64,000 nucleotides of DNA from Thecamonas trahens ATCC 50062. Lineage: Eukaryota; Protista; Apusomonadida. Position 1 is the first letter of the stretch. Each line of letters begins with the position of its first letter. Shown piece by piece: positions 44,275 to 54,528 of this stretch. A program made the translations under genes and the position numbers. Location of the stretch: NCBI RefSeq assembly GCF_000142905.1, contig NW_013657676.1, positions 558,001-622,000 of the forward strand, in the 5' to 3' direction. Under the pieces are notes generated by a model, which saw nothing but the letters and a program-made list of their open reading frames with translations, had not been told where the DNA came from and made no database searches.

Positions 44275-45948
44275 TTAGCGGAGGCTGGAGCTGCGCGTTC
44301 GTTTGGCCTTGACCGGGCTGCTCGGGCTGCCGGACAGCGACGAGGTGAGCGGGCTGTCTCGCTTGCGCTTGCGCTCTCGGCTGGCGCCCTGGCCCCCGGT
44401 TGCGACCTGCGACAGGGTCAGGTCGAGGCGGCGTGGGCGCACGCTGCGGATGGCAGCGCGGGCAGCGATGCGGCGGAGATGGTGGAGGCCGCGGTTGACG
44501 TTGTACAGCTCCTCGGGGTGAGTCCGCGCAAGAGGGAACAACGCCGGCGCGTAGTCGTGGCACCCAATGGTAATGCTCCGCGAACCTGGTTGGCCCAAGG
44601 CAGCAAATATGTCTGGAAGGACAAAGAGCCGGGATCGGCTGAGGTGCGCGAGCCACTCGCCGGTCGTCTCACAGCTCACGGTGTGGCTAGGGCTCTCCGG
44701 CGTATGCCATCCCCACGCGGCGAGTATGGCGTCGTCCAATGCAAAGGCGCCGCTAGGAGCAAGCTCGGCCGCGAGATGGACAAGTAGTGAGCGCTTGCGG
44801 GTGTGGCGCTCACGGAGAACCTCGCGATGGACGGCGGCCATAGTGGCAGAACACCAGGTGCGGAGTTTGACGCGCGACGGGCGGCGCGGCAGCTTGGATC
44901 CGGTACCACTGGGCGTCTGCAGCGAGTTGACTGCCCGTGTCCGCGCCGCAAACTCGACCGACCGCTCAACAGTCAGTGGGTCAAACGCGTGCCAGGCGTC
45001 GAGAATGGCGCCTGCGTGACTCCGCCACGAGCTGCCCCGGAACGGTTGCAAGAGCTGGTAGAGAAAGGCCGCCCGGGCCTCGGCCTCGTGGGTCCGCTCC
45101 TCCCGCGAGTGGACCGGTGCAATCGAGGGCTGGTAACTGGCCGGCACGAGGCCGATCCACAGAAATCGTAGCAGCTGGAGGTTAACCGAGGCTTCGATCC
45201 GCGCCACCAGCGTCTGGGCGAGCCTCCGCTGGTCCATGCCGGTCAGGAGCCACGGCAGAGCGCCGCGGACAATCTCGGGCGGTGGTGCGAGCGAGAGAGT
45301 ACCTTCGCGGTGATCTGACACATCGAGCGGGATGGCGGCTCCGATGGTGTCGTCGGCGCTCTCGTCCGAGCTAAGGCACGAGCCTGGCACGCCGAAGGTA
45401 TCGTCCAGGTCGAAGACGCCGGCCTCGAGCGGCTGGATGAGCGACCATTCGGGCATGTCGTCAAAGGCAAAGAGCTGATGCGAGGTGTCCTGGCTTACGC
45501 GAGGCGAGGACTCGCGCTGACAGCCGGCTGGCAGCTGTGGGACGAGGAGCGGCTGCGAGCGGGCATGCGAGGCGACCGATGCGGTGCTCAAAGTCGGCGG
45601 AAGGTTGCCGCGATAGGTGCTCGCCGGCATGACAAGCTGTCCCGGGCCAATGTTCTCCTTCTCCACAAGCAAGTGGATGCCTTCGGGCGAGTCGTTCTGC
45701 AGGCTGGCGAGCGTTGCAGTCAGCGCGAGACTGGGGGCGGGAGCCAGTTTACCATCTTTTCCGGTTTCACGACCTTTTTCTGCGAGCGAGCCCACGTTGC
45801 CGTCCCACACCGACGGGCATTCTGGCGGCGACCATGCAGTGAACAACGTTTTCACTGGCGACGAGGGTGGCAGCAGTGCGTGGGTCTTGTGCCGGAGAAT
45901 GTTGTTGGTCTTGGTCGGTGTCGTCGACTCCCAGGGCTTGGACTCCAT
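44275..45948 (-). CDS. Hypothetical protein (disordered N-terminus, helical C-terminal domain, basic NLS-like tail)
   Basis: ATG at 45948 (MESKPWEST) lies 106 nt after the DGK stop; open frame to 44275; RERKRKR near the C-terminus. Confidence 0.6.
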   Translation of the reverse strand: MESKPWESTTPTKTNNILRHKTHALLPPSSPVKTLFTAWSPPECPSVWDGNVGSLAEKGRETGKDGKLAPAPSLALTATLASLQNDSPEGIHLLVEKENIGPGQLVMPASTYRGNLPPTLSTASVASHARSQPLLVPQLPAGCQRESSPRVSQDTSHQLFAFDDMPEWSLIQPLEAGVFDLDDTFGVPGSCLSSDESADDTIGAAIPLDVSDHREGTLSLAPPPEIVRGALPWLLTGMDQRRLAQTLVARIEASVNLQLLRFLWIGLVPASYQPSIAPVHSREERTHEAEARAAFLYQLLQPFRGSSWRSHAGAILDAWHAFDPLTVERSVEFAARTRAVNSLQTPSGTGSKLPRRPSRVKLRTWCSATMAAVHREVLRERHTRKRSLLVHLAAELAPSGAFALDDAILAAWGWHTPESPSHTVSCETTGEWLAHLSRSRLFVLPDIFAALGQPGSRSITIGCHDYAPALFPLARTHPEELYNVNRGLHHLRRIAARAAIRSVRPRRLDLTLSQVATGGQGASRERKRKRDSPLTSSLSGSPSSPVKAKRTRSSSLR

Positions 45949-46054
45949 GGCGATCGGCCGAGACGAGTGGCGACGCGCGTGCTGGTTGGTGAGCGACGAC
46001 ACTTTTGCGCGTGAAATGAGGCCAAAAGCGCGCGAATGCAAGTGTCGTCTGTTC

Positions 46055-47880
46055 TCATCCGCTGCTGGCGGCTGGGCCGTCGCTGCTGCTTGCGCGAGCG
46101 GCGTCAGCATCGGGGTCGGCAGGAATAAGAATTGGCGCTTGGTTGCGGTGGGTAATGTGGATGATAGCCGGTTGCTGGAGCCACGGCTCGCCGTCGATCT
46201 GGACCGGGTGAGCGGTGTCGTCGAGCCAGCGGATCTCGAGCGACGAGGCTTGGGCCAGCTTGGTTGCCGACCCAACGCCGGCCTGGATGCGGCCGAGGTG
46301 TGCCGACGATGTGACGGCGAGCACTTCGAGCTTGCCATCAGAAAACGACGATGGGCGGACCTTGTCGCGCCAGAGATTGATGCCGCCGCCGTACGACGGG
46401 ATGTTGACGATGATGATGGCCTGAGCATGCGGGAGCGTGACCCGCTCGCCGTCCGCCCACAGCGCGATCGAGGTGGAGAGCTCCGGCGAGGCTGAGATGG
46501 CGGCCTTGGTGCCCTCCTTGGCGTAGCGGATCTTGTTGCCGGTTCGCGAGGTAAAGGCGCCTGGGTTAGCCTCGCGCGCGGTGTGAAAGGCGAGGGCAAC
46601 ACGGGCGTCGACACCGATGGAAAAGTAGTTGTTGATGACAGTGAGCGGTGGGCCATCGACTTCAAAGTTGTTGTCCATGAGCGAGACCACCACGTTCCAG
46701 CGATCGAGGCTGGCGTTTTTGGCGGTGAGCACGCTGTCGAGGATCGGACGGAGCGGCTTGCCGGCATAGCCAGGGCCCCAACCGGTGGCCCGCGCGAGGT
46801 CGTTGCCGGTCCCGAGTGGGAGGATGGCGACTGGCGGGCGGGTCGTCGGCAGATCGCCCATCTCGATCATGTCGTCGAGGACGGCAAGGATCCAGCCAAT
46901 GGTTCCGTCGCCGCCAGCACCGAGAATGCGGAAGGGTGTCGAGTCGCAGGCGACAGCAAAGCGGGCGATGTGGGCACGCGGACCACCATCGACGGCCATG
47001 TCACACACTTGGGTCGGCTGGAGGGCACCGCAGAGTCCTCCCAGCAGGGACCGGCCTTGCTGGCCGCCGCTTCGAGTGTTGACCAGGACAAGCAGCGGCA
47101 TATCACCGCCTGGAAGCAGCGCGGCAAGCGGGCCGCGACTGCAAGTTAGCGCCTTGGCCAGCGGCATCTTGGCCATACACGCCGAGTGGAGCGCAGCATC
47201 GCACCACACGCAGTGAAAGCCGGTCAATGATTTGGCCGACTTGGTCGACTTGAGGCAGACGATGCAGCCTGCGGCATCGGCATAGCCTGGCACGTTGCCC
47301 TCGATCCACTGATGGGCGCCATCAGCAGGCTGGACCTCGCTCTTGCAAGGGGCCACGCTCCAGACAGCAGGAGTGGCCCGTTTCGCACACTTGGCGTGGA
47401 CAACCATGGCGCATGTGAGGCACCGTAGGCCTTGCTTGCCAACTCCGTACAGCATCTTTCGGCAGATACGGCAATATGCCGGCGATGAGAAGTGATGGGC
47501 ATCAAAGACGTGGCCAGCAGCTGCGACATCGATTCCTGCGTCGGGTGCGAGATCGAGGTCGTGATCGGCATCGCTGTCAGTCTCCTGTCCGCAAGCATCG
47601 GCGCCTGCAACAACCTTCACAGCCGCCGGCAGGCAGAGAGAGGCAATGGCATCTACGCATTCAGCATGTGCATGCATGCCGCATGCTGTGCAAGTGTGTC
47701 CTTGATGGTAGAGACCCTTGAGAAGCTTTGTGCAGTGCCCGCACCAAGCTGTGGGCGGCTCGAACGGTGAGTTGTGGCCGCCACCCAGGTGAAGGCGGTG
47801 GTAGGCAAGGCGGCGAACGTACTGGGGGTGTTGAACTGGGCGACTTTGAAGGTGTGGGGAGGGCTTTGGGAGGCTGCCAT
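46055..47880 (-). CDS. DGK: Diacylglycerol kinase with three C1 domains; exon 1 47880-47823, intron 47822-47749
   Basis: Splicing A|GTACGT...CAG|CT builds C1a HTFKVAQFNTPTWCGHC...CTAC...HAEC. C1b starts HVF and C1c starts HQWIEGN. Catalytic motifs NTRSGG, GGDGTIGW, LPLGTGNDLAR, NNYFSIGVDA, SYGGG and PVQIDGEPW. Confidence 0.93.
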
Positions 47881-47911
47881 GAGTGGAGAGGTGTACAATT
47901 ACAGGCGCATA

Positions 47912-50415
47912 TTACTCGGCGCGAGCAGAGGCGGTCGAGCCAGACTTGCGAAGGGTGGTGATAGCCGAGTAGAGGAAGGCGTGAAGGCCGTCGAGGCCGC
48001 GTTCGCGGAGGTAGTCCAGGTACTCGGCCCGGCGGTTGCCGTCATTGGTGTTCTCGATGGATGCGAGGTCAGGGACGTCAAATCCTGGGCGGGCAGAGTC
48101 CGAGGCGGCGAGGGCGAGATAGTCTGCGGCGAAGCCTGTGCAAGAGAGGTTGGAGGCCATGGAGAGGGCAAAGCGCGAGGCGTCGTGAGTGGCGAGAGCG
48201 TCGATGAGCTCGTCCGGGACGTCGAACAGCTGGGTCTGTTGCGGCTGCAAAAAGGCGTTGCCGCGGTAGAAGACGTTGGTAGCGTCGACGATGTAGGCAT
48301 TGATGAGCAGGGCGCGCTCGGCGACCGACGGGTCAAAGTCGATGCGTGCGGCGTTGGCTGCGCGGTCGCGGGCGAGGCGCGGGTACTCAGCCTTGATGAT
48401 GGCAAGGACTCCTGCGATACGCGAGGTGGAGAGCGCAGCCGGCGAGAGGAGGCACGGGTAGACGATGCCCGGCGAGGGAACCCAGAGGAAGGGGAGGCGG
48501 AGGTCTGTGAGGGCGGTGGCGTACTGCTCGAAAAAGGCGAGGACGGCGTCCTCGAGCGCCGAGTGCGAGTTTGCGAGGGCGAGGGCGCGTGCGGCAGATT
48601 TGTCGACCCAGGCGAGAAGTTGGTACATGGAGAGCCAGTAGTTGGCGCCGATGTCAAGACCCTCAAAGATAAAGCCCGGGACGGGGACGGTGGGCGGCGG
48701 GTCAGAGCCGGAAGCGTCAGCGGCGGCGATGGCTGTGGCAACAGCGGCGGCGTGGGAGTCCCAGTCTGTGGCGAACCAGCGGAAGAGCATTGTCTTGAGG
48801 GCGTTGAGGACAGCGACCTGAAAGGCGACGCCCGATGCGACAAAGAGCTGCGAGAGCGGGATGAGGAAGCCGGTGTAGAGCGCGTCCCATGGGAGCGGGC
48901 GGAGGTAGGTTACAAGATCGAGGACGACGTCGGCGGCGTGAACACCGTTCCAGTCGGGGAGGAACGAGCCGAGCCAGACCTCGAGCACGGGCGGTAGCTC
49001 CTTGAAGAAGCGGGCAAAGTCGCGGACGGCCTCCAGCAGCTGGAGCGCCATCGGCCGCAGCGGCGAGGCGCCCCATCCAAGCTCGGCCTCAAGGCGCGCA
49101 GCGAGCCAGTGCGAGATGCGGGCGAGCGCGCCCGGCGTCGGGTCGAGGCTCACCAGATGCTGCAGCGAGCGCTCGGAGAAGACAGTAGCGAGCTGCTTGG
49201 GAAGCTTGATGGTGTCAAGCTGGGAGACGAGGTCATCGATGGAGGAGACCTGGTCGAGGGCGAGGGCCGACTCGCCCAGGCGAGGGCGGACTGGGCGGGA
49301 AGCGAGGTGGCGAGCGGCGGGATGAGGACTTCGGCGGAGAGGAGCTTACGCTTCTTGCGGCCACGGCGGCCGCGCGGGCGCATCGGGTCCGGGCGAGCCC
49401 ACGAGTCGAGAGCGCGCTTGGTCTGGGTCCTTGTCCCATGCGGGAGCGCAGCCTGGGCGGCATATGCTTGAGCGGCCAGCTCGGCTGCAGGGCGGGCGTC
49501 CTGGACGGCGCGCATGGCACGGAGCCACGGGCCGTGCGGAGCCTTGAACGACGGCTTGAAGCCGTAGGGACGGGCGATGGGGACCAGTTCAGGTGTGTAG
49601 TCCTTGTAGACCATGAGGAGAGCAATAAGAGCCGGCTCCTTGGCGACTACCTGGCGCTTGTAGATGGAGAAGAGCTTGCGGACCCGGAAGGGGACGACGT
49701 CCTCGCGCCGGGTGAGGAGCGAAAGGAGGTGGCAGACCCAGGGACGGAGCGAGTCGTACGCCACAAAGTGGAAGAGGGCGCCGTATAGCGAGTGCATGAC
49801 GTCGTAGCCGTCAAACGAGTCAAAGACGAGGACCATCCACATGAAGATGATGGAGCGGATGCCCGGCGAGCGCGGCTGGGCGATGCCAAGGAGCATGACA
49901 GCGACCGACTGCGGGACGACCGACGCCGGGAGTAGCGCATGGATGATGTGGCGGGCGGTGACGTCTTTGATGGCGTCGATGTTGTCTACGTAGAACGAAG
50001 CGATGGTCTCGAGCGCGTCAGGTTCGAGGCCCGAGCGCCATGCTCGGGCCTTGAGCTCTTTGGCGATGGTGGCGACCACGGCCTGCTCGTCGAGGCCACC
50101 CTGCATGGGCGACTTGGCCTCAAGCGCGACCAGCAGCGCAGGCGTCGACATGCTTGTGATCCGATCAATGAACGCTTGCTCGACCCGGGCCCGCGATCGG
50201 GGCGCCGGGAGGTTGGCAGCCTCAGCCTCGGCCGGGGTCAGCGGCACATTGCGTGGTGCGGCCTGCGACGGTCCTGCAGAGCCTGACAGCGGGGTAGTTA
50301 TAGGCCGTCGTCTCACAAGGCTGTGCTTCTCAGCAGGTGTGGAGGGTGTGGTTATGTCCATGGGTGCTAGTGATGAGGGTGGGGGGAGGGCCGGCGGCGA
50401 CGACGACGACGACAT
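47912..50415 (-). CDS. CENPI: Centromere protein I (Mis6/Ctf3); apparent frameshift at about 49275-49280
   Basis: SLYGALF, LRPWVCHLLSLLTRREDVVPFRVRKL and LLMVYKDYTPELV, then after the shift IKLPKQLATV, RISHWL and FLPDWNG, all characteristic of CENP-I/Mis6. Confidence 0.85.
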
Positions 50416-50872
50416 GGCGCGTGAATCTACCGGCGGGGTTGGGAAGGTTAAGGGGAAGCAAAGGTGTGGAGGGGGTGGAGTGGTAGGTGTGTATGAGAGA
50501 AAGAAGAGGAGGGAGGGTTGTGGAGAGGTGTGGGTGTGTTGCGTAGGGTGCGGTGCGTAGAGCGGGTGGTGGTGGTAGGTGTGGCGGGGGCGGAAAAGGG
50601 CTTCAAATGGCGCGAGCTGGTGACAGTGATCAGGCACACGGTTGATCAAGACGGCGGCGACGACGGCGAAAGAGGAAGCACTTGACCGAGTCTGTCTGTG
50701 GGTAGACCAAGGCATGAGCAAGGCCAAACGTGGGTTGTTGGCAACCAACCACCGACCAGACCTTCCGGGCAATGTGGGAATGCTTGTGGGAGGCGGGGTG
50801 CGGTCTTCGTCGAGTTGTGATGACTTTGGTGGCTTTGACTCGTCGGACGGTGGCGGCGAGGTCGGCGAGGGT

Positions 50873-52342
50873 ATGGCTGGCCGCAGTGGCAACGGTGTGG
50901 AGATGCAGAATGATTGGAGCATTCCGAACGCAGCAGGAGCCACGACGACGTTGATTATTCTGGGAAGCATGAACATGCTCAATTATGTTGATCGATATGT
51001 TCCGTCTGCCACCAAGGAGCTGTTCAAGGCTGAGCTGGGGCTTACGGATGCCCAGTCTGCGCTCCCGCTCTCGGTCTTTATTGTTGTGTACATGTGTGCC
51101 AGCCCGCTGTTTGGCTATCTGGCCGACTCGGGCATGGATCGCCGGATGCTGCTCACAGTCGGGGTGGTCATCTGGTCTCTGGCGACGGCGGCTGGGGCGC
51201 TAGCGATTGGCTTCTGGACCTTTCTTCTTGCGAGAGCGCTTGTGGGCGTTGGCGAGGCTGCGTACGCGACGATTGCGCCGCCGCTGCTGGCAGACGTTTT
51301 TGCACCGGCGCGGCTGCCGCGGGCAATGGCGTTGTACAACATTGGTCTGCCGGTCGGCGCGGCCATTGGGTTTGTGGTTGGCGGCTCGGTTGGGCACAGA
51401 CTCGGGTGGCGGTGGGCGTTTCTCATCTGCGGCTTGCCGGGTCTGGTTCTTGCGGCGTTCTTGTGGCGGATCCGCGACCCCGGCCGCGGCTACTTTGAGC
51501 GGCAGCGCAGTGCAGACTCGAGCGTGAGCGTGACCGGCAGTGCGAGTGAGGACGGCGGCGAGAGCGGCGAGGACAAAGTGACGCTGGTGACGGATGCACG
51601 ACTCTCATTGCTGGGCGGGGGCGGCGGTAGCGAGGCCAGCGATGGGGGCGAGGCGAGTCAGGCAGGCGGTCGTGACGGCGAGACGGGCGTTCTCGTCCTG
51701 CCGTGGCTAACGGTGGCGGGCATGCTCGCGCGCAACGCGCGGTACTTGTTGACGATGCTCGGGCAGACGGCACTGACGTTTGGGGCGGGTGGAATGGCTG
51801 ACTGGCTGCCAACGTTTCTGGTGCGATACCATGGGCTCACGCTCGAGACGGCAGGGCTTGTAGTGGGCGGGGTGACTGTGGTTGCGGGCATTTTCGGGAC
51901 GCTCTCAGGAGCGCAGGCTGCAGTGTTTGCTGCGCCGCGGACAAAGAACGCCAACCTGGCGGTTTCTGGGCTGGCAATGGTGCCTGCGACGGCCGGAGTC
52001 TTTCTCGCACTTGTGCTTCCGTCGGCCGGGAGTGTGATTGCGCTGACGGCAGCGGCACAGTACTTTCTGTGGTTCTTCCAAGGCCCGTCCAACTCTGAGC
52101 TTGCGTCTGCGACGCCATCGCTGATTCGGTCGCGAGCGTTTGCGGTCTCGATCTTCTGCTCGCATGCACTGGGCGATGCGGCGTCGCCGCCGATCATCGG
52201 CTTGGTTTCCGACTCGGAGTCGTCGCTGCGGACTGCGCTGCTGCTTGTGCCTGTGGCGATGGCGGTGTCTGCGGTGCTGTGGCTGTGCGCGTGGCGCGGG
52301 CTGGGCAAGTTTGTGCCGCCCAAGACATACTGGCGGGCATGA
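50873..52342 (+). CDS. Spinster-family MFS transporter
   Basis: NMLNYVDRY, SPLFGYLAD, RALVGVGEAAYATIAPPLLADVF, WRWAF and HALGDAASP motifs. Start uncertain; the frame is open from 50642. Confidence 0.9.
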   Translation: MAGRSGNGVEMQNDWSIPNAAGATTTLIILGSMNMLNYVDRYVPSATKELFKAELGLTDAQSALPLSVFIVVYMCASPLFGYLADSGMDRRMLLTVGVVIWSLATAAGALAIGFWTFLLARALVGVGEAAYATIAPPLLADVFAPARLPRAMALYNIGLPVGAAIGFVVGGSVGHRLGWRWAFLICGLPGLVLAAFLWRIRDPGRGYFERQRSADSSVSVTGSASEDGGESGEDKVTLVTDARLSLLGGGGGSEASDGGEASQAGGRDGETGVLVLPWLTVAGMLARNARYLLTMLGQTALTFGAGGMADWLPTFLVRYHGLTLETAGLVVGGVTVVAGIFGTLSGAQAAVFAAPRTKNANLAVSGLAMVPATAGVFLALVLPSAGSVIALTAAAQYFLWFFQGPSNSELASATPSLIRSRAFAVSIFCSHALGDAASPPIIGLVSDSESSLRTALLLVPVAMAVSAVLWLCAWRGLGKFVPPKTYWRA

Positions 52343-52493
52343 GAGTGAGATAGAGAGAGTGTGAGGTGTTGTGTGCACAGAAAAGCGCAGCGCCTTTGAC
52401 GTCAGGGAGGGCTGCCCTCTGCTGCGGAGAGTGAAATGCGGAGCGAGAGGTAATGGGCTGTTGATGGGTGGGGGGGGCTAAGCGATGGCCAAA

Positions 52494-54149
52494 CTAGAGC
52501 GCCTCAACGCACGCGGCAAGCATGGAGAGGGCAATGAGGATGGATGCAACAGCGAGCGAGAGCGAGTCGCGAGTGGCGGCCGAGGTGGAAGATCCACCCT
52601 CGGCCTGGACCTCATACTCGTCAGACGAGGTAACGGCGGACGAGACCATGGCGGACGGCGAGTCGTTGGAGCGGGTCGAAGTGGAGGCTGCGCGCGGGAT
52701 CTTGCACTCGAGGGTGACCGGGGCGACGCCGTCGGCGGAAGTGCGGGTGCAACGGGTGGAGCGGATGACCATGGTGCGGTACTTTTCGCAGACATCGTTG
52801 TTCTCGGCCTTGTCACAGTAGCGCTCGACGAGCTCGAAGATGATCTGGCGGACGTTGTTGGCCTTGAAGCGGCGGAGGACGTCGGCGCGGGTCGAGTTTC
52901 GCGAGTTGACGATGAAGCGGCGGAGGTCAAATGCGCGGCAGACAAACGGCTGGGCCTCGCCGTTGACGTCGCGTGGGCGGATGCAGATCTCCGAGTCGGT
53001 GCAGGTGGTGGTGCAGGTCGGCTCGGCCGGGCGGCACGAGGGGCAGCACGAGGTGGAGAGGAGGACGGGCTCCTCGCCCGAGGCACAGTCGCGAACAGTG
53101 GTGGCGCACTCGGCGACCGAGGTCAGATCGCAGAGAACCTGCGGGCGGCGGCATGAGCCGCAGCAGGCCTTCGACGGGTCAAAGACCGGGCGCTGGCCAG
53201 GCTCACACACCGGGCGGCGCTGCATGCATTTGCGGATGTTGTCTGCGGTGCAGGTGCCATCCGTACCAGGGCGATCGGTGCTGGGGTCCTCAATGCGGCA
53301 AGTCGGGCAGCATGTGGTCTCGTCAAAGGCAGGCGTCTCGCCGGAGCCACAGACACGGAGCTCGGCGAACGAGGACGCGCACGTCGCCGGGTTGCACGGC
53401 GGGCGCGGGCGGCAGGTGAGGCAGCAAAAGTTGGAGGCGTCCGGCTGCGGGAGGGTGCCAGTGGAGCAGACCGACGGCGCGCAGGTAGCGGTGGAGCAGT
53501 CGCGGTTCGACGGGATGCGGCAGCGCGGGCAGCCGGTGGTGACATCAATACCAGGGGCAAGCGTCGCCGAGCACTCGGGAACCGAGTCGAGGGCGGTGGA
53601 CCGGTCGCAGATCGGCGGCCGCTTGCACGAGAGCGTGCACGAAGTCATGTTGACCATCGGCGGACGGTTCGGGCTGCAGATGGGCGAGGCCGGCTCGGTG
53701 ATGCCGCTCTGGCACCGCGGGCTGCACGTCGGGCAGCAAGCGGGCGGATCGCCACGGATAGGTAGCTCGCCGGCACTGCACTCGCGCGGAGTCGAGCACG
53801 ACGAGCTCTGGGCCGGATCGCAGGTGGTCGACCCGCCGCCGCCGCCCGACGGCGCCGGGCAGGTGTCGATGTTGTTTCCGCGCTTGACATCAGCGCAAGG
53901 AGGAGTGGTCCCCGACTGAAGCTGGTGGCACACACCTGCGCCGCCTGCAGCCTCTGGCGGGCACCAACCACAGGGGCGGGGACCGGATGTCGAGTCGCCC
54001 TGAGTTGCCGACTCTGCGCAGGCGCGGCAGTTGGCGTTACGGAACTCGGAGCGGCATTGAGCGACAATGCCTGCCGCCGCGGTCGAGACGAGCAGCGCAG
54101 CAATGGCTGCAAAGATGATGACCTTCATAATTGTTCTGTCCCGTGCCAA
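52494..54149 (-). CDS. Secreted, probably GPI-anchored cysteine-rich surface protein
   Basis: Signal peptide MKVIIFAAIAALLVSTAAA, PSI-like CGWCP, about seven repeats ending in CCPTC-like motifs, a Ser/Thr stalk and a hydrophobic C-terminus. Confidence 0.85.
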   Translation of the reverse strand: MARDRTIMKVIIFAAIAALLVSTAAAGIVAQCRSEFRNANCRACAESATQGDSTSGPRPCGWCPPEAAGGAGVCHQLQSGTTPPCADVKRGNNIDTCPAPSGGGGGSTTCDPAQSSSCSTPRECSAGELPIRGDPPACCPTCSPRCQSGITEPASPICSPNRPPMVNMTSCTLSCKRPPICDRSTALDSVPECSATLAPGIDVTTGCPRCRIPSNRDCSTATCAPSVCSTGTLPQPDASNFCCLTCRPRPPCNPATCASSFAELRVCGSGETPAFDETTCCPTCRIEDPSTDRPGTDGTCTADNIRKCMQRRPVCEPGQRPVFDPSKACCGSCRRPQVLCDLTSVAECATTVRDCASGEEPVLLSTSCCPSCRPAEPTCTTTCTDSEICIRPRDVNGEAQPFVCRAFDLRRFIVNSRNSTRADVLRRFKANNVRQIIFELVERYCDKAENNDVCEKYRTMVIRSTRCTRTSADGVAPVTLECKIPRAASTSTRSNDSPSAMVSSAVTSSDEYEVQAEGGSSTSAATRDSLSLAVASILIALSMLAACVEAL

Positions 54150-54528
54150 TGGTGAGAGAGGGCCAGGCCTTGCAAGCGTGCGAGAGAAGGCAAGGGGGGG
54201 GGGGAAAAAAGGGAACGAGTAAGGAAAAAGTGCAAAGGGATAAAAAAATGTGAACTTTGCAAGTCAACAAGGTGGATTGGTTAGGGCGGGGGGCGGGTGG
54301 GGAGGGGGGGGGGGGAGAGTGTATATGGATGTGTGGGTGGGTGGGTGTGGGTGGGTGTGGGTGTTTGGGTGTGTGGGGCGTGCGTGAAAGGGAGAGGGGA
54401 GGGGGGGGGGGGGGGAGGTGCTTGCGTACATGTTGTGAAGAAGAGTCTGTTGTTGTCTGTCAACGTAGAGTTGTTCGGCAGGGTCGTGCGCGGGTATGCG
54501 GCTGGTTGAGGGAGAACAAGCGAAGGTG

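Noticed and set aside
45949-46767. 830-aa ORF overlapping the DGK 3' end as a dual-coding region
   Set aside because: The overlapping part is a low-information alternate frame; ATG 45948 downstream of DGK is the more plausible start.
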